From IMG/VR virus record IMGVR_UViG_2510065010_000001, positions 131,040 through 195,039 of that record: 64,000 nucleotides of DNA; one strand, given 5' to 3'. The stretch is from a virus (taxonomy: Duplodnaviria; Caudoviricetes). Each line of letters opens with the position of its first letter. Position 1 is the stretch's first letter. Positions 25,788-35,280 of this stretch are shown here, one piece after another. A model generated the notes under the pieces. The model saw nothing but the letters and a program-made list of their open reading frames with translations. It was not told where the DNA came from and made no database searches. The translations under genes were made by a program, and so were the position numbers.

Positions 25788-28700
25788 AAATCAGTCCTTC
25801 ACAAGCACTATCCTGTGGTCCTGATTCAGTTTTGTTTTTTAAGTGTTTTGACAACAGCTTATTAAAGTCTGAAGACTTCCGCCGTTGACTAACGCCTTTC
25901 ATTAACTCGTTATACTTCTCTCTAGAAATAGCTTCATAGGGCAGTCTAGGAAAAGGAGCATCGAATTTAGCTAATAGAGCCATCCCGACATAACCTTCAT
26001 CATCCCGGATTGCTTCGTAAATGCGTTTTGCTAGCGGCTTAATCTCATCCTCTGATAATGAAATCGTAACACTACCTGTGTGTCCAATATAATTTTGCTG
26101 CACAACCATATAGAAATCAAAGTGCGCTAATGCGCTGAATTCTCGAAACTTGATATTTTCGAGTTCAGGGAAGGCATTCACAATTTGGTTTTTGACCGGA
26201 ACTTCAACTAACCACTCTGTGCATCTATCATCAAAGGGGTCATTTAACAGTTTTCCAGTCTCGTCTTTGTCTGACTGAGAGGGAACTACATTGTACCCGT
26301 AGTCAATTGCAGCAAGTGCGACCGGATCGTTTTTACCAAAAGTCATCCGGCGTATAAAGTAAGCAGCAAACGGTGGGTGTAACCCGTTACAGTCGGTGCC
26401 CGTCAGCATAGACATAGAACCAGACGGTTTTACGGTAGTGCAGCGATTGGGTCGGCGTAGCCCGTGACGATCGCAATACTCGTATACAGTACACTCCACA
26501 ACATCACGCCAGCGTTTGCAATACTCTGCCTCGATTCGTTTGTACAGTTTTCCAGCACAGTCATAGTCGAATCCGATTAGTTTACTGGCTCGAACAAGTA
26601 GGGAATCACCATCAGGAGATAAGTCATCCCAGTTAGGATTTCTTCCAGCCTCCCACCACCTTACATAATCAACACCAAACAGTTTGGTAAAGAACGTGAA
26701 AAACCCTGTAGCAGATACACCTACTATAGGGTCGATCGTTCTTGCATAGTTTATTCGAGGGTGTGCGAAGTCTCTTTGTAGTAGAGCACTTGCTTGCAGA
26801 GAGCTTGCTCTGAAAGCATCCTTCTGCTCCTGAAAGTTATACGGGTCTAATTGGTTTAAGTGAACTTCAGCTAAGTTGCACATGAAATCAGAGCCTATTA
26901 TTTCGTGGCAATTGTGCGCAATATACCCTTCTACAACTCCCCAGTTTGTTGCTGGTTCAGAGAAATCATAAACTTTTTCGAAACCAATACTTTTGACAGA
27001 TGTAATTCTCGGTGCCTGCCTAATTAGAAGACTTTGTAGTTTCTCTGTTTTATAACTCAGAGAGAAGTTAATTAAGTTGAAGAATAATAGACGTGATTCA
27101 TACTGCTGAATACATACGTCATATGATTCTCTACAGGTGTACTCCCCGTTTCTAAACTTGACTTTTTTAGGCTTATTTGTCGTGAAATAAGCGTTGATTC
27201 CAAATTCCCTTTTCAGTGAATTAATCACTTGAGTTACTAATTCTCTTGATGTTGTTTTGAGTGTCACCCTCCCTTCATTTTTCAAGACTGAACCGTTTGC
27301 TGTAAACAGCCCATTTAAAAACGCAGCTTTTTTATCTACGCTCCAATCTTTATAAGTTGTTGGTAAGCTTCTATCTGGGAGTGGTGCAGAAGAAAATCCG
27401 TCACTTATCAATTTGTCTTTTAAACCTTGAACGTAAACAGTAGACTGGCTGTTCCACTCATACATATATCCGCAGTCCTCTAAAAGACTAAGAAACTCTT
27501 GGTCTTTTGTGCCTATGTTTATTTCAACACCCAAATGGTTCGTTGATTTTAATCGACACAAATTTCCATCTCCTTGAACAAAACCATCGATTACATACTC
27601 TTGCTTGTGATTCGGTACATTTAAGTAAGGAAGCAAGCGCTTACCTTTCAAATGTTTAGCGTCACAGTCTCCTTCAGTTGTGTACCATACGTGGTCTGGT
27701 GTACACTTTAGAATTTTTTTACTAGATAGCCTTAACCGAACAACCTCTTTTTCTCCTGAGCACCAAACTTTAGAGTTGGATATGTTCCCATTCTTGTTTA
27801 TTATTTTTGGTTCGGTATTTTCCAACTCAGCAAAAGACTTATAACCAGTTACGGTTAACAGTTTCATGTCTCCGGTAAAACAAGGATTTGCTGAATACCT
27901 CCTAATCCTATTCTCAAGAACTTTTTCGTCTAAGTCAGACCCGTTACTCAGAGACTTTAAGTATGCTTTTGCTGCTTCAATGCTCTCCTGGTATAGAGAT
28001 AAAAATAAAGCTTTCTTTTCAGGTGAGTTTAATAAGTCGGCATTGGCACGGGCAACTGCTTCGCCGCTCCATTGAATTGCACCTTCACCAGAGTGATACT
28101 GTTTAGTAACAGCCTCAAGACATTCTTCGTAGGTTGGTTTTTTATGAAATGCACGAGTGTGGTTTGCACTCCTGAGCGCATCGCGTTTGTGATCGATCAC
28201 CCAGTTACCACTTTCATCTTGCTGCCACAGGTTGTCTTTAGACGTAGTAAAATCAGGATCGTCTGAAGACCCTACACGTAGACCTGCTGAGTTATGTGTT
28301 AAGTAACCGTTGCAATAGAAACAATTAACTTCTTCAACTTCTATGTCATAAGTTTCCATAGTCTCGAAAAACTCTACAGATTCAACCGTAACCGGAATAT
28401 CGATTTCTACGTCTGACTCCTGAGAATATTTCTCATAGTTTGAGTCATGCTGTCTGCTAGCGCTCAGTTTCATACCTCTCATTTGTGTGTAGGTATATTC
28501 TTCTCGCATTAAAGTCGCTGGTATTGTATACCCGTACATTTTGAGTCCTATTTTAATTGGACCCTTCAGAGAGTATGGAGCTATCAAGCTGTTATACAAA
28601 GGCTTTAATGCTGGAATGTTTACGCTATGTCTAATATTCCAGTTGGGATTGCTTGGTAGAGACATTGCATATCTGCCTGCAATTCCCAAACTAGATAGTA

Positions 28701-30342
28701 CAGATCCAACCTGATAAATGAATGTTTTACTAATGTTTGTCACTAAAACGGGAGGTCTGTTGTAAATAGCGCCGTCACTATCTACTAAACCAGCTAAGTA
28801 AGCTGATCTGATCGAGGCATCCCCTTTTAGAATGAAATCTGGAACTTCTAATGACCGTCCAGCCTGTTTAATAAACTTGTGAAAGTATTCAGCCAAACGA
28901 ATGGAACAGCAGTTAAACCTTATTGTGTTTTCACCTTTTATTGGAGTGACTTCTATATCTAGCCCAAATTCTGCAATCCCGTTTTTTATTTTTTCTTTTA
29001 ACCTTGTTAAAAACTCTTCAGAGTAAGTAGCATTTGTTGTCCAGTTTACATACCCGTATGGCTTTCCGTACTTGTTACGTCCTAACCCGACGTGACCGTT
29101 TCCGTGTGTAAATCCGATCAACCAAGCAATTAAAGGTGTCAGAGATGGAATAGTTAAGTTCTTAGCTGTTGTACTGTTTTTAGGTCGTAGCTGTGTAAAG
29201 TCAGGAGGGAGGTCTGTTTTTGTTCCAGGGAGCACATCCTTTGTATGTAAAAGACGATCACCTTCAATTAAGTCATTACAACTTACCCAACGAAAATCTC
29301 CTTTAGCTGAAGCTAACACAGCGTGTCTATGTGACAGAGTGGACCTAAAGGGCATTGAGTTTGTTCTAATCTCATAGACATCCTGCAATCCCTGATAGAA
29401 CTTGTTTGTTACTCTTTTGAAACCAGCAGGTGTTTGAACTAAGTCTCCCACGTTGACAGCTTTAATCGGTACTAAACCATTAGCAGTATGAACTAGAGCA
29501 TCTTCTGGCAAGCATCGACGCACATTTCCTGCTACTACTGCTGCAGCTGCTTCACCAATCAACAAACAAACTTCTAAACTATTAAGCTTACGTCCGACAG
29601 CTTGATTCAAAACATCAGCGCATTTTAAGAACATTCCAGGTAATGCAATAGGGTTAGCTATTCCGCCAAATCCTAACAACCGTTCTCCTGCTGGACGTAC
29701 ACCAGAAACATCAACAAATACTTTTAGTTCATCTTTATCAGATGCACTTAACTCTAAAAGCTTTTGATAAGCGTTTACCCAGCCCTGTCTGCTATCCCCG
29801 ACTAAAATCCAAGCAGATCCTTTTAGAAACCAAACTAAAGTTTCTTCGCTACGTTTATGAGCTTCTCGTTGACCGGGTTCACCAACTATCTTAACTTCGA
29901 GTTTAGTGTTAATAACAGGTAACTGCTCAATACAACGTAGCTCAACATTTGCACCAGTGCCACACCCTTGCATGGCTAAATCCATCATGATTCCGAAAGA
30001 ATCCCAATCGACAATCTCCCAAGCACTACAGTTAAACCCACCTGGATAGTTTTCAGGTTTTTCAACCCACTTACTACCCCCTACCCACAACCATCTTGCT
30101 GAACCAAATGCCTTTCGTTCGCGCATCATTTGGTCAACTAATCGAGTTTCCTCTTCTGTAAATTTTCCTAGAAACTTTAACCCAAGATGAGAGCTGTAAA
30201 GACAACGGTCTACAGTTTCATCCCAGGTTTCAAGTCGCTCTTCCCCCTCTACCCTTCGAGCGTAGGAGCGGGTGCGAATTAATTCAGACATAGGGGCAGG
30301 GTCATATTCTAGATTCTGTACTGGCTCAAAAATGTCTGTCAT
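25771..30342 (-). CDS. nrdJ: class II (adenosylcobalamin-dependent, monomeric RTPR-type) ribonucleotide reductase with two inteins
   Basis: RSYARR..ETWDETVDR, FNCS, AGNVRR|SA, NP|CHE active-site loop, TTVKPSG, and a C-terminal Cys pair (ACEGLIC). Confidence 0.92.
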   Translation of the reverse strand: MTDIFEPVQNLEYDPAPMSELIRTRSYARRVEGEERLETWDETVDRCLYSSHLGLKFLGKFTEEETRLVDQMMRERKAFGSARWLWVGGSKWVEKPENYPGGFNCSAWEIVDWDSFGIMMDLAMQGCGTGANVELRCIEQLPVINTKLEVKIVGEPGQREAHKRSEETLVWFLKGSAWILVGDSRQGWVNAYQKLLELSASDKDELKVFVDVSGVRPAGERLLGFGGIANPIALPGMFLKCADVLNQAVGRKLNSLEVCLLIGEAAAAVVAGNVRRCLPEDALVHTANGLVPIKAVNVGDLVQTPAGFKRVTNKFYQGLQDVYEIRTNSMPFRSTLSHRHAVLASAKGDFRWVSCNDLIEGDRLLHTKDVLPGTKTDLPPDFTQLRPKNSTTAKNLTIPSLTPLIAWLIGFTHGNGHVGLGRNKYGKPYGYVNWTTNATYSEEFLTRLKEKIKNGIAEFGLDIEVTPIKGENTIRFNCCSIRLAEYFHKFIKQAGRSLEVPDFILKGDASIRSAYLAGLVDSDGAIYNRPPVLVTNISKTFIYQVGSVLSSLGIAGRYAMSLPSNPNWNIRHSVNIPALKPLYNSLIAPYSLKGPIKIGLKMYGYTIPATLMREEYTYTQMRGMKLSASRQHDSNYEKYSQESDVEIDIPVTVESVEFFETMETYDIEVEEVNCFYCNGYLTHNSAGLRVGSSDDPDFTTSKDNLWQQDESGNWVIDHKRDALRSANHTRAFHKKPTYEECLEAVTKQYHSGEGAIQWSGEAVARANADLLNSPEKKALFLSLYQESIEAAKAYLKSLSNGSDLDEKVLENRIRRYSANPCFTGDMKLLTVTGYKSFAELENTEPKIINKNGNISNSKVWCSGEKEVVRLRLSSKKILKCTPDHVWYTTEGDCDAKHLKGKRLLPYLNVPNHKQEYVIDGFVQGDGNLCRLKSTNHLGVEINIGTKDQEFLSLLEDCGYMYEWNSQSTVYVQGLKDKLISDGFSSAPLPDRSLPTTYKDWSVDKKAAFLNGLFTANGSVLKNEGRVTLKTTSRELVTQVINSLKREFGINAYFTTNKPKKVKFRNGEYTCRESYDVCIQQYESRLLFFNLINFSLSYKTEKLQSLLIRQAPRITSVKSIGFEKVYDFSEPATNWGVVEGYIAHNCHEIIGSDFMCNLAEVHLNQLDPYNFQEQKDAFRASSLQASALLQRDFAHPRINYARTIDPIVGVSATGFFTFFTKLFGVDYVRWWEAGRNPNWDDLSPDGDSLLVRASKLIGFDYDCAGKLYKRIEAEYCKRWRDVVECTVYEYCDRHGLRRPNRCTTVKPSGSMSMLTGTDCNGLHPPFAAYFIRRMTFGKNDPVALAAIDYGYNVVPSQSDKDETGKLLNDPFDDRCTEWLVEVPVKNQIVNAFPELENIKFREFSALAHFDFYMVVQQNYIGHTGSVTISLSEDEIKPLAKRIYEAIRDDEGYVGMALLAKFDAPFPRLPYEAISREKYNELMKGVSQRRKSSDFNKLLSKHLKNKTESGPQDSACEGLICESRK
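26911..27882 (-). mobile_element. intein 2 in NrdJ (324 aa) with LAGLIDADG homing endonuclease
   Basis: Starts CFTGDMK after ANP; block B CTPDH; ends IAHN before the catalytic Cys; contains IDGFVQGDG and LNGLFTANG. Confidence 0.92.
28291..29514 (-). mobile_element. intein 1 in NrdJ (408 aa) with LAGLIDADG homing endonuclease
   Basis: Starts CLPEDALV after AGNVRR and ends LTHN before Ser; contains LIGFTHGNG and LAGLVDSDG. Confidence 0.92.
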
Positions 30343-30370
30343 GTTTTTAGTTAATTTAAGTTGAAAATTA

Positions 30371-30955
30371 TTAGACTTTAGCTAGTGTTACTGCTTGCGG
30401 TTGATTTTGGTATTTGCCGTTACGATCTTCGTATGAAATCGCACACGGTTCTCCTCTCAAAAATAGAGCTTGGATAACACCTTCATTTGCATAAATTCGG
30501 GCATCAGCTGGTGAAGAATTAGATACTTCTAACGTTAAATAACCTTGCCACCCGGCTTCCCCAGGTGTAACATTCCAATGCAGCCCACACCTTGCGTAGG
30601 TTGACTTTCCTATAAATACACAAGTCACATCTTTTGGAATTTTTAATCTTTCAACTGCTACGCCTAACGCATAGCTGTGACCTGGGAGAATAAAATATTT
30701 TCCGTCTTCGTCTTTGTAAATCTCTGATTCTTCTAGATTTTTTTCGTTAAATTTTTTAGGGTTGATGATACTACCCGGAACGTGGCGAAAAATTCTAAAA
30801 TCTTTTTCAGATAGTCGAAGGTCGTATCCATAAGATGACTGACCATAGGAAATTACTTTTTGGTTTCCTACCTTTCGGATTAACCCTTCGGAGAAAGGTT
30901 CGATCATTCCTTCTTCAACTGCTAAACGGCGTATTTCTATGTCATTTAGAATCAT
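30371..30955 (-). CDS. dcd: dCTP deaminase
   Basis: ISYGQSSYGYDLRL, GKSTYARCG, EAGWQGYLTLE, YANEG, GKYQNQ. Confidence 0.95.
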   Translation of the reverse strand: MILNDIEIRRLAVEEGMIEPFSEGLIRKVGNQKVISYGQSSYGYDLRLSEKDFRIFRHVPGSIINPKKFNEKNLEESEIYKDEDGKYFILPGHSYALGVAVERLKIPKDVTCVFIGKSTYARCGLHWNVTPGEAGWQGYLTLEVSNSSPADARIYANEGVIQALFLRGEPCAISYEDRNGKYQNQPQAVTLAKV

Positions 30956-31353
30956 GCGGCAACCCCTAAAATTTTATCTGTAGAATTTAATTCGTGTAAG
31001 TAATGCTGTAACTTACAAGAAGGTGTGTACCACCATTCTTTTAAGCCAGGAGAGAGCTTTGAGTACTGCACTGTGTAAATCAGTTCTATCATCTTCCACT
31101 CTCCGTCCTCAAATTTACGCTCTCCTAACAACTGCACGTTGTAGGACGGCGATCTATTGGTTCCCATATCTGGGACAAACCTTCTTCCAACTCTATTCCA
31201 GCTGGGTTCTTTACCTTTCCAACTCAACCGACAACAGGGATATGGTAATTCCTCGCGATCATAGAGTCTACAAACAGGACCTATGATCTTGTAAGTATAG
31301 AGTTTTCCAGGACTGGAAAAAGTAAATCCGTTACTCCACAAAGCTTCAGTCAT
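30952..31353 (-). CDS. hypothetical protein
   Basis: 133-aa ORF with overlapping stop/start codons on both sides. Confidence 0.6.
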   Translation of the reverse strand: MTEALWSNGFTFSSPGKLYTYKIIGPVCRLYDREELPYPCCRLSWKGKEPSWNRVGRRFVPDMGTNRSPSYNVQLLGERKFEDGEWKMIELIYTVQYSKLSPGLKEWWYTPSCKLQHYLHELNSTDKILGVAA

Positions 31354-31565
31354 AACTCTGCCCTAACTTGGTAAATTGGGTGAATTCCCCACAGGGCACC
31401 TTGTTGGTAAGGATTCAGTCTGATAAAACTTCCATTTTCCGTAATGATTATTGTCTCCGTCTGGTTATTGCTAAGTAAATAACCATAGTAAAATTGCTCG
31501 GACTCTTCAGAATTTTCATTCTTTGAAGAATCTTTCTGGATAAACCAAACGTAAGGTAAGTCCAT
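31350..31565 (-). CDS. hypothetical protein
   Basis: 71-aa ORF in operon context. Confidence 0.5.
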   Translation of the reverse strand: MDLPYVWFIQKDSSKNENSEESEQFYYGYLLSNNQTETIIITENGSFIRLNPYQQGALWGIHPIYQVRAEL

Positions 31566-31590
31566 GTACTGGATGTGTGAACAGCAAGTT

Positions 31591-31617
31591 ACTTAGCTTT
31601 AATAAAGTAAGCTAAGT
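31591..31617. terminator. intergenic hairpin (ACTTAGCTT...AAGCTAAGT)
   Basis: 9-bp inverted repeat downstream of ORF 31654. Confidence 0.4.
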
Positions 31618-31653
31618 CTTCATCTAAATGGTGTTCAATTTAAGTCTCGATTA

Positions 31654-32364
31654 TTACGAGATTGAAAGGTCTTCTGTTTGAGCTGGCAGTAAGGAACTTG
31701 ATGCACTAATACTCGCAGCTCTTATCTTCTTAAGAATTTCTACCTTTTTGTGAGGCAATTCATTTATTAATATTTCAGCTATGACTTCTTGTAGCCGAGT
31801 CATCCTTTCATAGTTTGCCATCTTTTCAGCGAACTTAGTAGCTAGTTCGATTAGTTGGCGCATTTCGCCAATGAATTTAACGCCAACTTCATCATTGCCT
31901 CCTTCCAGTCGGGCTATCCCCCGTTGTATAACAACAGCTAGATCCTCTAATTGCTGAGTCGTATCAAAGATACTTGTTCGACGCATCCGGATTTGCTCTT
32001 TCTTTGAGGCATTCTCGTAAATCTTAAAGAATCTGCGAATAGTAGGCTCACTAATACCGAACTGCGTTGATAGCTCAGCAAGTGTGTGTTTGCGTTCTGC
32101 CCTCAGTCTTATTAATTCACCCCCGGCACCCAATCTTTCGATAATAGACCGGGGTAGTGCCCCCGTCAGTTTAAGACCATCCGGTAGCATTACTCCATCA
32201 ACATCGAGCAACTCGACAAGCGATTTTAGTGTGGTTAGATGCACCTCTAGCTCACTCTGATATTGGTCAGGTAAAACTTGCGCCAGTCCTGATAAGTTAG
32301 CAATTAACTTCTCGAACTGTTCGATAACTGCCAGTGAGCTATAAGTCTTATCGAGTTCCGTCAT
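31654..32364 (-). CDS. helix-turn-helix DNA-binding protein
   Basis: TLAELSTQFGISEPTIRRFF HTH followed by a helical C-terminus. Confidence 0.6.
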   Translation of the reverse strand: MTELDKTYSSLAVIEQFEKLIANLSGLAQVLPDQYQSELEVHLTTLKSLVELLDVDGVMLPDGLKLTGALPRSIIERLGAGGELIRLRAERKHTLAELSTQFGISEPTIRRFFKIYENASKKEQIRMRRTSIFDTTQQLEDLAVVIQRGIARLEGGNDEVGVKFIGEMRQLIELATKFAEKMANYERMTRLQEVIAEILINELPHKKVEILKKIRAASISASSSLLPAQTEDLSIS

Positions 32365-32747
32365 TGTTCATTGGTTTCGTAAACACTTTCGAGAAAGAAA
32401 ACTTCTGGTACCAGCTCAGGAAACCAAAGCATTAGAAGTAGTTTATCTACACTTTCATCCCACAATCGTTTAATTGTTGATGCTGAGCAATGAAGTCGGT
32501 CTGCAGTAAAACTACGGGTGCCTTGTGAAGTCCAGAGAAACCAAAGGGCGTCGTAACCTTTTGGATCAATTTTTCTCAACTCCACAAGCCTTCGGTGTAT
32601 AAGTTCGTGTGGTATGACTAACTTTGTGCAAGGATGTACCCACGGCTGTTTGTACGGAAAGACTCCCCTTAAATAAGAGAGAAAGGACGTTCGCACAATT
32701 CCAGGGCTGTTTGGTGAGGAAGGAAGGCTTTTCTTTGGTTTAGGCAT
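32361..32747 (-). CDS. HTH protein, sigma region 4-like
   Basis: TRSFTADRLHCSASTIKRLW; probable start at MPKPKK. Confidence 0.5.
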   Translation of the reverse strand: MPKPKKSLPSSPNSPGIVRTSFLSYLRGVFPYKQPWVHPCTKLVIPHELIHRRLVELRKIDPKGYDALWFLWTSQGTRSFTADRLHCSASTIKRLWDESVDKLLLMLWFPELVPEVFFLESVYETNEQ

Positions 32748-32800
32748 TTTCGTGCAAATGATGAATGTACTTGCACGACCGATCAATTATTAACTAGGAA

Positions 32801-33181
32801 TTATTCATCTTCAGCAAACTCAAGTTCACTGTCTTCGCTATTGTTTGCTTCAGAGATGAATTTTTCAAGTAGTGAAACTTGTAATCTCTTTCGAAGCAAA
32901 GTGCTAGAAGTAAACTTCACAGCCATCTTAGGCTGAAAGACAATCCTATCGGAAGTTCTTGGATGCTTAGCATATCTACCTTTTCGTAAAATTGGTGTGA
33001 ATTTTCCCACACCTGGAAGATACACTACTTTTCCAGAACATAAGGCTAACGCTAATTGCTCACAGAAGTTACTGATAATTGCTTCTGCAGCAGCAATGCT
33101 AGGTGTGCCACTAAGAGATTGACCGGAACCAGCATGAGCTAGTCCTATAGCCAGGTCACGCTTTCTGTATTTGGGTAGCAT
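32801..33181 (-). CDS. HU/IHF-family DNA-bending protein
   Basis: GKVVYLPGVGKF...RKGRYAKHPRTSDRI....KMAVKF. Confidence 0.85.
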   Translation of the reverse strand: MLPKYRKRDLAIGLAHAGSGQSLSGTPSIAAAEAIISNFCEQLALALCSGKVVYLPGVGKFTPILRKGRYAKHPRTSDRIVFQPKMAVKFTSSTLLRKRLQVSLLEKFISEANNSEDSELEFAEDE

Positions 33182-33298
33182 AGGCTTACATAGATAATTG
33201 CAGGAGAGAATTTATTACCTGCTCTTATCTAGTTAATAACATTTACGACCTATGCCTTACAGGGATAGTTATTAACAATCGAGTTTCTTTATATTTTC

Positions 33299-34348
33299 TT
33301 AACAAACAGGGGTTATCGCTTCGTGAAAAGAACTCCAGCATTTATCCAGATACGGACAAGTACTTACAATGTCTTTTGTCTTCCAGTCTTTTTTAACACA
33401 AGGGGAGTTATACTCGCCAGGATGTCTTTTCAAAAATCTTTTGGCGTAAATTTGATCTTGAATTTCACGAAGATATTCAACAGTGTTGACTTGTACTTCC
33501 TTGTCTACTTCTGCAAGTACAGAAGACCCCGTAGGTAAATGATGAATGCCAATACCCTTGGGACTGATGCCGTATACCATCTCGTATAAATAAGCATAAA
33601 AAACTAACTGGACATGGTGGAGCACGTCCACCGGAGAGGGTTTTGATGCGTCTGTTTTGTGGTCCAGGATGAAAACGTCCCCTTCTATTTCAACTACCCA
33701 ATCTATATAGGCGTTAACAAATAAGTTAGCCTCTCCCGGAAATAACACTTTGTTAGTATCGGTAGTGGACAGGGGTACTTCCACACCAATTGTTTTTAAC
33801 CAGGGTGGTGGCTGAAAATTATACACATAGCTGTAAGCTTCAGCTAGTAAATAGCTAAGGGGATGCTTTATAAAAATCGGGTTACAATTTCCAGCAATAT
33901 TGTCAAGCGCATAACGTGCTTGGTGCAAGCCTGATTCCTTCATAGCTTTTGTCCAGCTGCTTGGAGGATACTCAATTACGTTCGATGGAATGGTACCATT
34001 CTGATTTCGTATAGCATCGTCTCCGTGACACCGAGCACTAGCTCTATAAAAGAGCTTACCAAGAGGGATAACCGTTTTAAGAATATCCTCTAATCGCAGG
34101 TTGTCTAACCCATATTGCTTAACCCAAGATTCAAGCAAAAGGCTAAATACCTCTAATGAGTCAGCAGAGTCTGTTTCCGGGTCTAAAATTTCTTCTAAAA
34201 CTTGATGCGCCAACCTTCCTATTACAAAGTTTGGATTAAATTCTTCAGGGGTACGTATCTTCTCGACGTACTTGAAGCGGTATAACTCACCGCATTGTAC
34301 GTAAGTGTTTAGTCTAGATACAGAAGTAATAGGAAAGTTTGGCTTCAT
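33299..34348 (-). CDS. PD-(D/E)xK exonuclease, RecB/AddB/Cas4-like
   Basis: SVSRLNTY..C, G.LAH.VLE, E, YID, ILDHKT, Q...Y, and C-terminal Cys residues. Confidence 0.85.
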   Translation of the reverse strand: MKPNFPITSVSRLNTYVQCGELYRFKYVEKIRTPEEFNPNFVIGRLAHQVLEEILDPETDSADSLEVFSLLLESWVKQYGLDNLRLEDILKTVIPLGKLFYRASARCHGDDAIRNQNGTIPSNVIEYPPSSWTKAMKESGLHQARYALDNIAGNCNPIFIKHPLSYLLAEAYSYVYNFQPPPWLKTIGVEVPLSTTDTNKVLFPGEANLFVNAYIDWVVEIEGDVFILDHKTDASKPSPVDVLHHVQLVFYAYLYEMVYGISPKGIGIHHLPTGSSVLAEVDKEVQVNTVEYLREIQDQIYAKRFLKRHPGEYNSPCVKKDWKTKDIVSTCPYLDKCWSSFHEAITPVC

Positions 34349-34350
34349 AG

Positions 34351-34851
34351 TTAGTTTGGATTATTAATTAAAATGCGCCGACCATACTCTAAGATACACA
34401 GGGCATCTGCTATCCCATCATGTGGAGTTCGACATCGTGGTGGAATCAAAGAAACACTTGGAAATACTCTTCTACAATAGTCAATAGCAGCATCTTTATC
34501 TTTCTTAGTACCTTTCAGGACTTCTCCTTTCCAGATTTGAGGTCTTACGAGTTCTGTCGGAGTCCCTAACCCAGCTAAAACTCCTAGAAGTTTTCCGTAA
34601 ATTACTCCAAACGAAAAAGAAGATACAACTCCCTGCGGTATTCCATTTTTTGACATTGCTTGAACTTGTTCAACAATTGCTTTCTGTGGTTGATGGTCCT
34701 TTAACAATTGAGTAATTGTTGGTAAGTCAAGCTCTTTGCCTGCTATAGGCATAACCATAGCTTCATAAGTGTATGTGTTATCACTGTTTAACTGTAAGAA
34801 AGCTATACCCCCTGACTTACCAGGATCAATTGCAACTAACAAGCAACTCAT
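34351..34851 (-). CDS. RuvC-like Holliday junction resolvase
   Basis: AIDPGKSGGIA, IVEQV, F.FG..YG, P..WK, DGIADAL. Confidence 0.85.
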   Translation of the reverse strand: MSCLLVAIDPGKSGGIAFLQLNSDNTYTYEAMVMPIAGKELDLPTITQLLKDHQPQKAIVEQVQAMSKNGIPQGVVSSFSFGVIYGKLLGVLAGLGTPTELVRPQIWKGEVLKGTKKDKDAAIDYCRRVFPSVSLIPPRCRTPHDGIADALCILEYGRRILINNPN

Positions 34852-34859
34852 TAAGTCTC

Positions 34860-35279
34860 CTAAAAGGGTATTTGTTTAGAAAGTACATCTAGTCCCACCG
34901 TCTCTGCAAAGAGTTGATATATTGCTGGTCTAATATCTTCTGCGTACCACAAGGTTATCCGCTTTTGCTCGTCAGGTTCGTCCATATGCGTCCAAATGCA
35001 CAGGTGAGCTAACGACTTTAAGTAATCTAAGTTAGAAATTTCTCCATTTGGAGTCGAACAACTTTGCTGTTTTAGTAAACTCTGAAATTCCGGGGAGAGT
35101 ATTTCGTATTCTTGTTGTATCTGCTCCCAGATTAGAAAATGGTCTGCCAACTCTAATACAGGACCTAACCGACGTATTTCATTAGCACAACTTAAGGATA
35201 GAAATCTATCCGCTAAAACTAACTTTTCCGCTCGGCTATAGTGATTCGGGTGTTTTTGTAATAAATTTGCTAGTTTCAT
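34860..35279 (-). CDS. hypothetical protein
   Basis: Probable start at MKLANLL, directly after the upstream stop codon. Confidence 0.55.
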   Translation of the reverse strand: MKLANLLQKHPNHYSRAEKLVLADRFLSLSCANEIRRLGPVLELADHFLIWEQIQQEYEILSPEFQSLLKQQSCSTPNGEISNLDYLKSLAHLCIWTHMDEPDEQKRITLWYAEDIRPAIYQLFAETVGLDVLSKQIPF

Positions 35280-35280
35280 T

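Noticed and set aside
30371-30955. Uracil-substituted genome suggested by dcd
   Set aside because: dcd is a common phage gene for dTTP supply, and nothing else in the window supports dU-DNA.
33187-33216. TACATA as another copy of the late promoter
   Set aside because: There is no TAnnnT at 18-nt spacing and no + strand gene downstream.
33299-34348. Cas4 as evidence of a CRISPR system
   Set aside because: It is a stand-alone PD-(D/E)xK exonuclease typical of phage recombination modules; no array or other cas genes are present.
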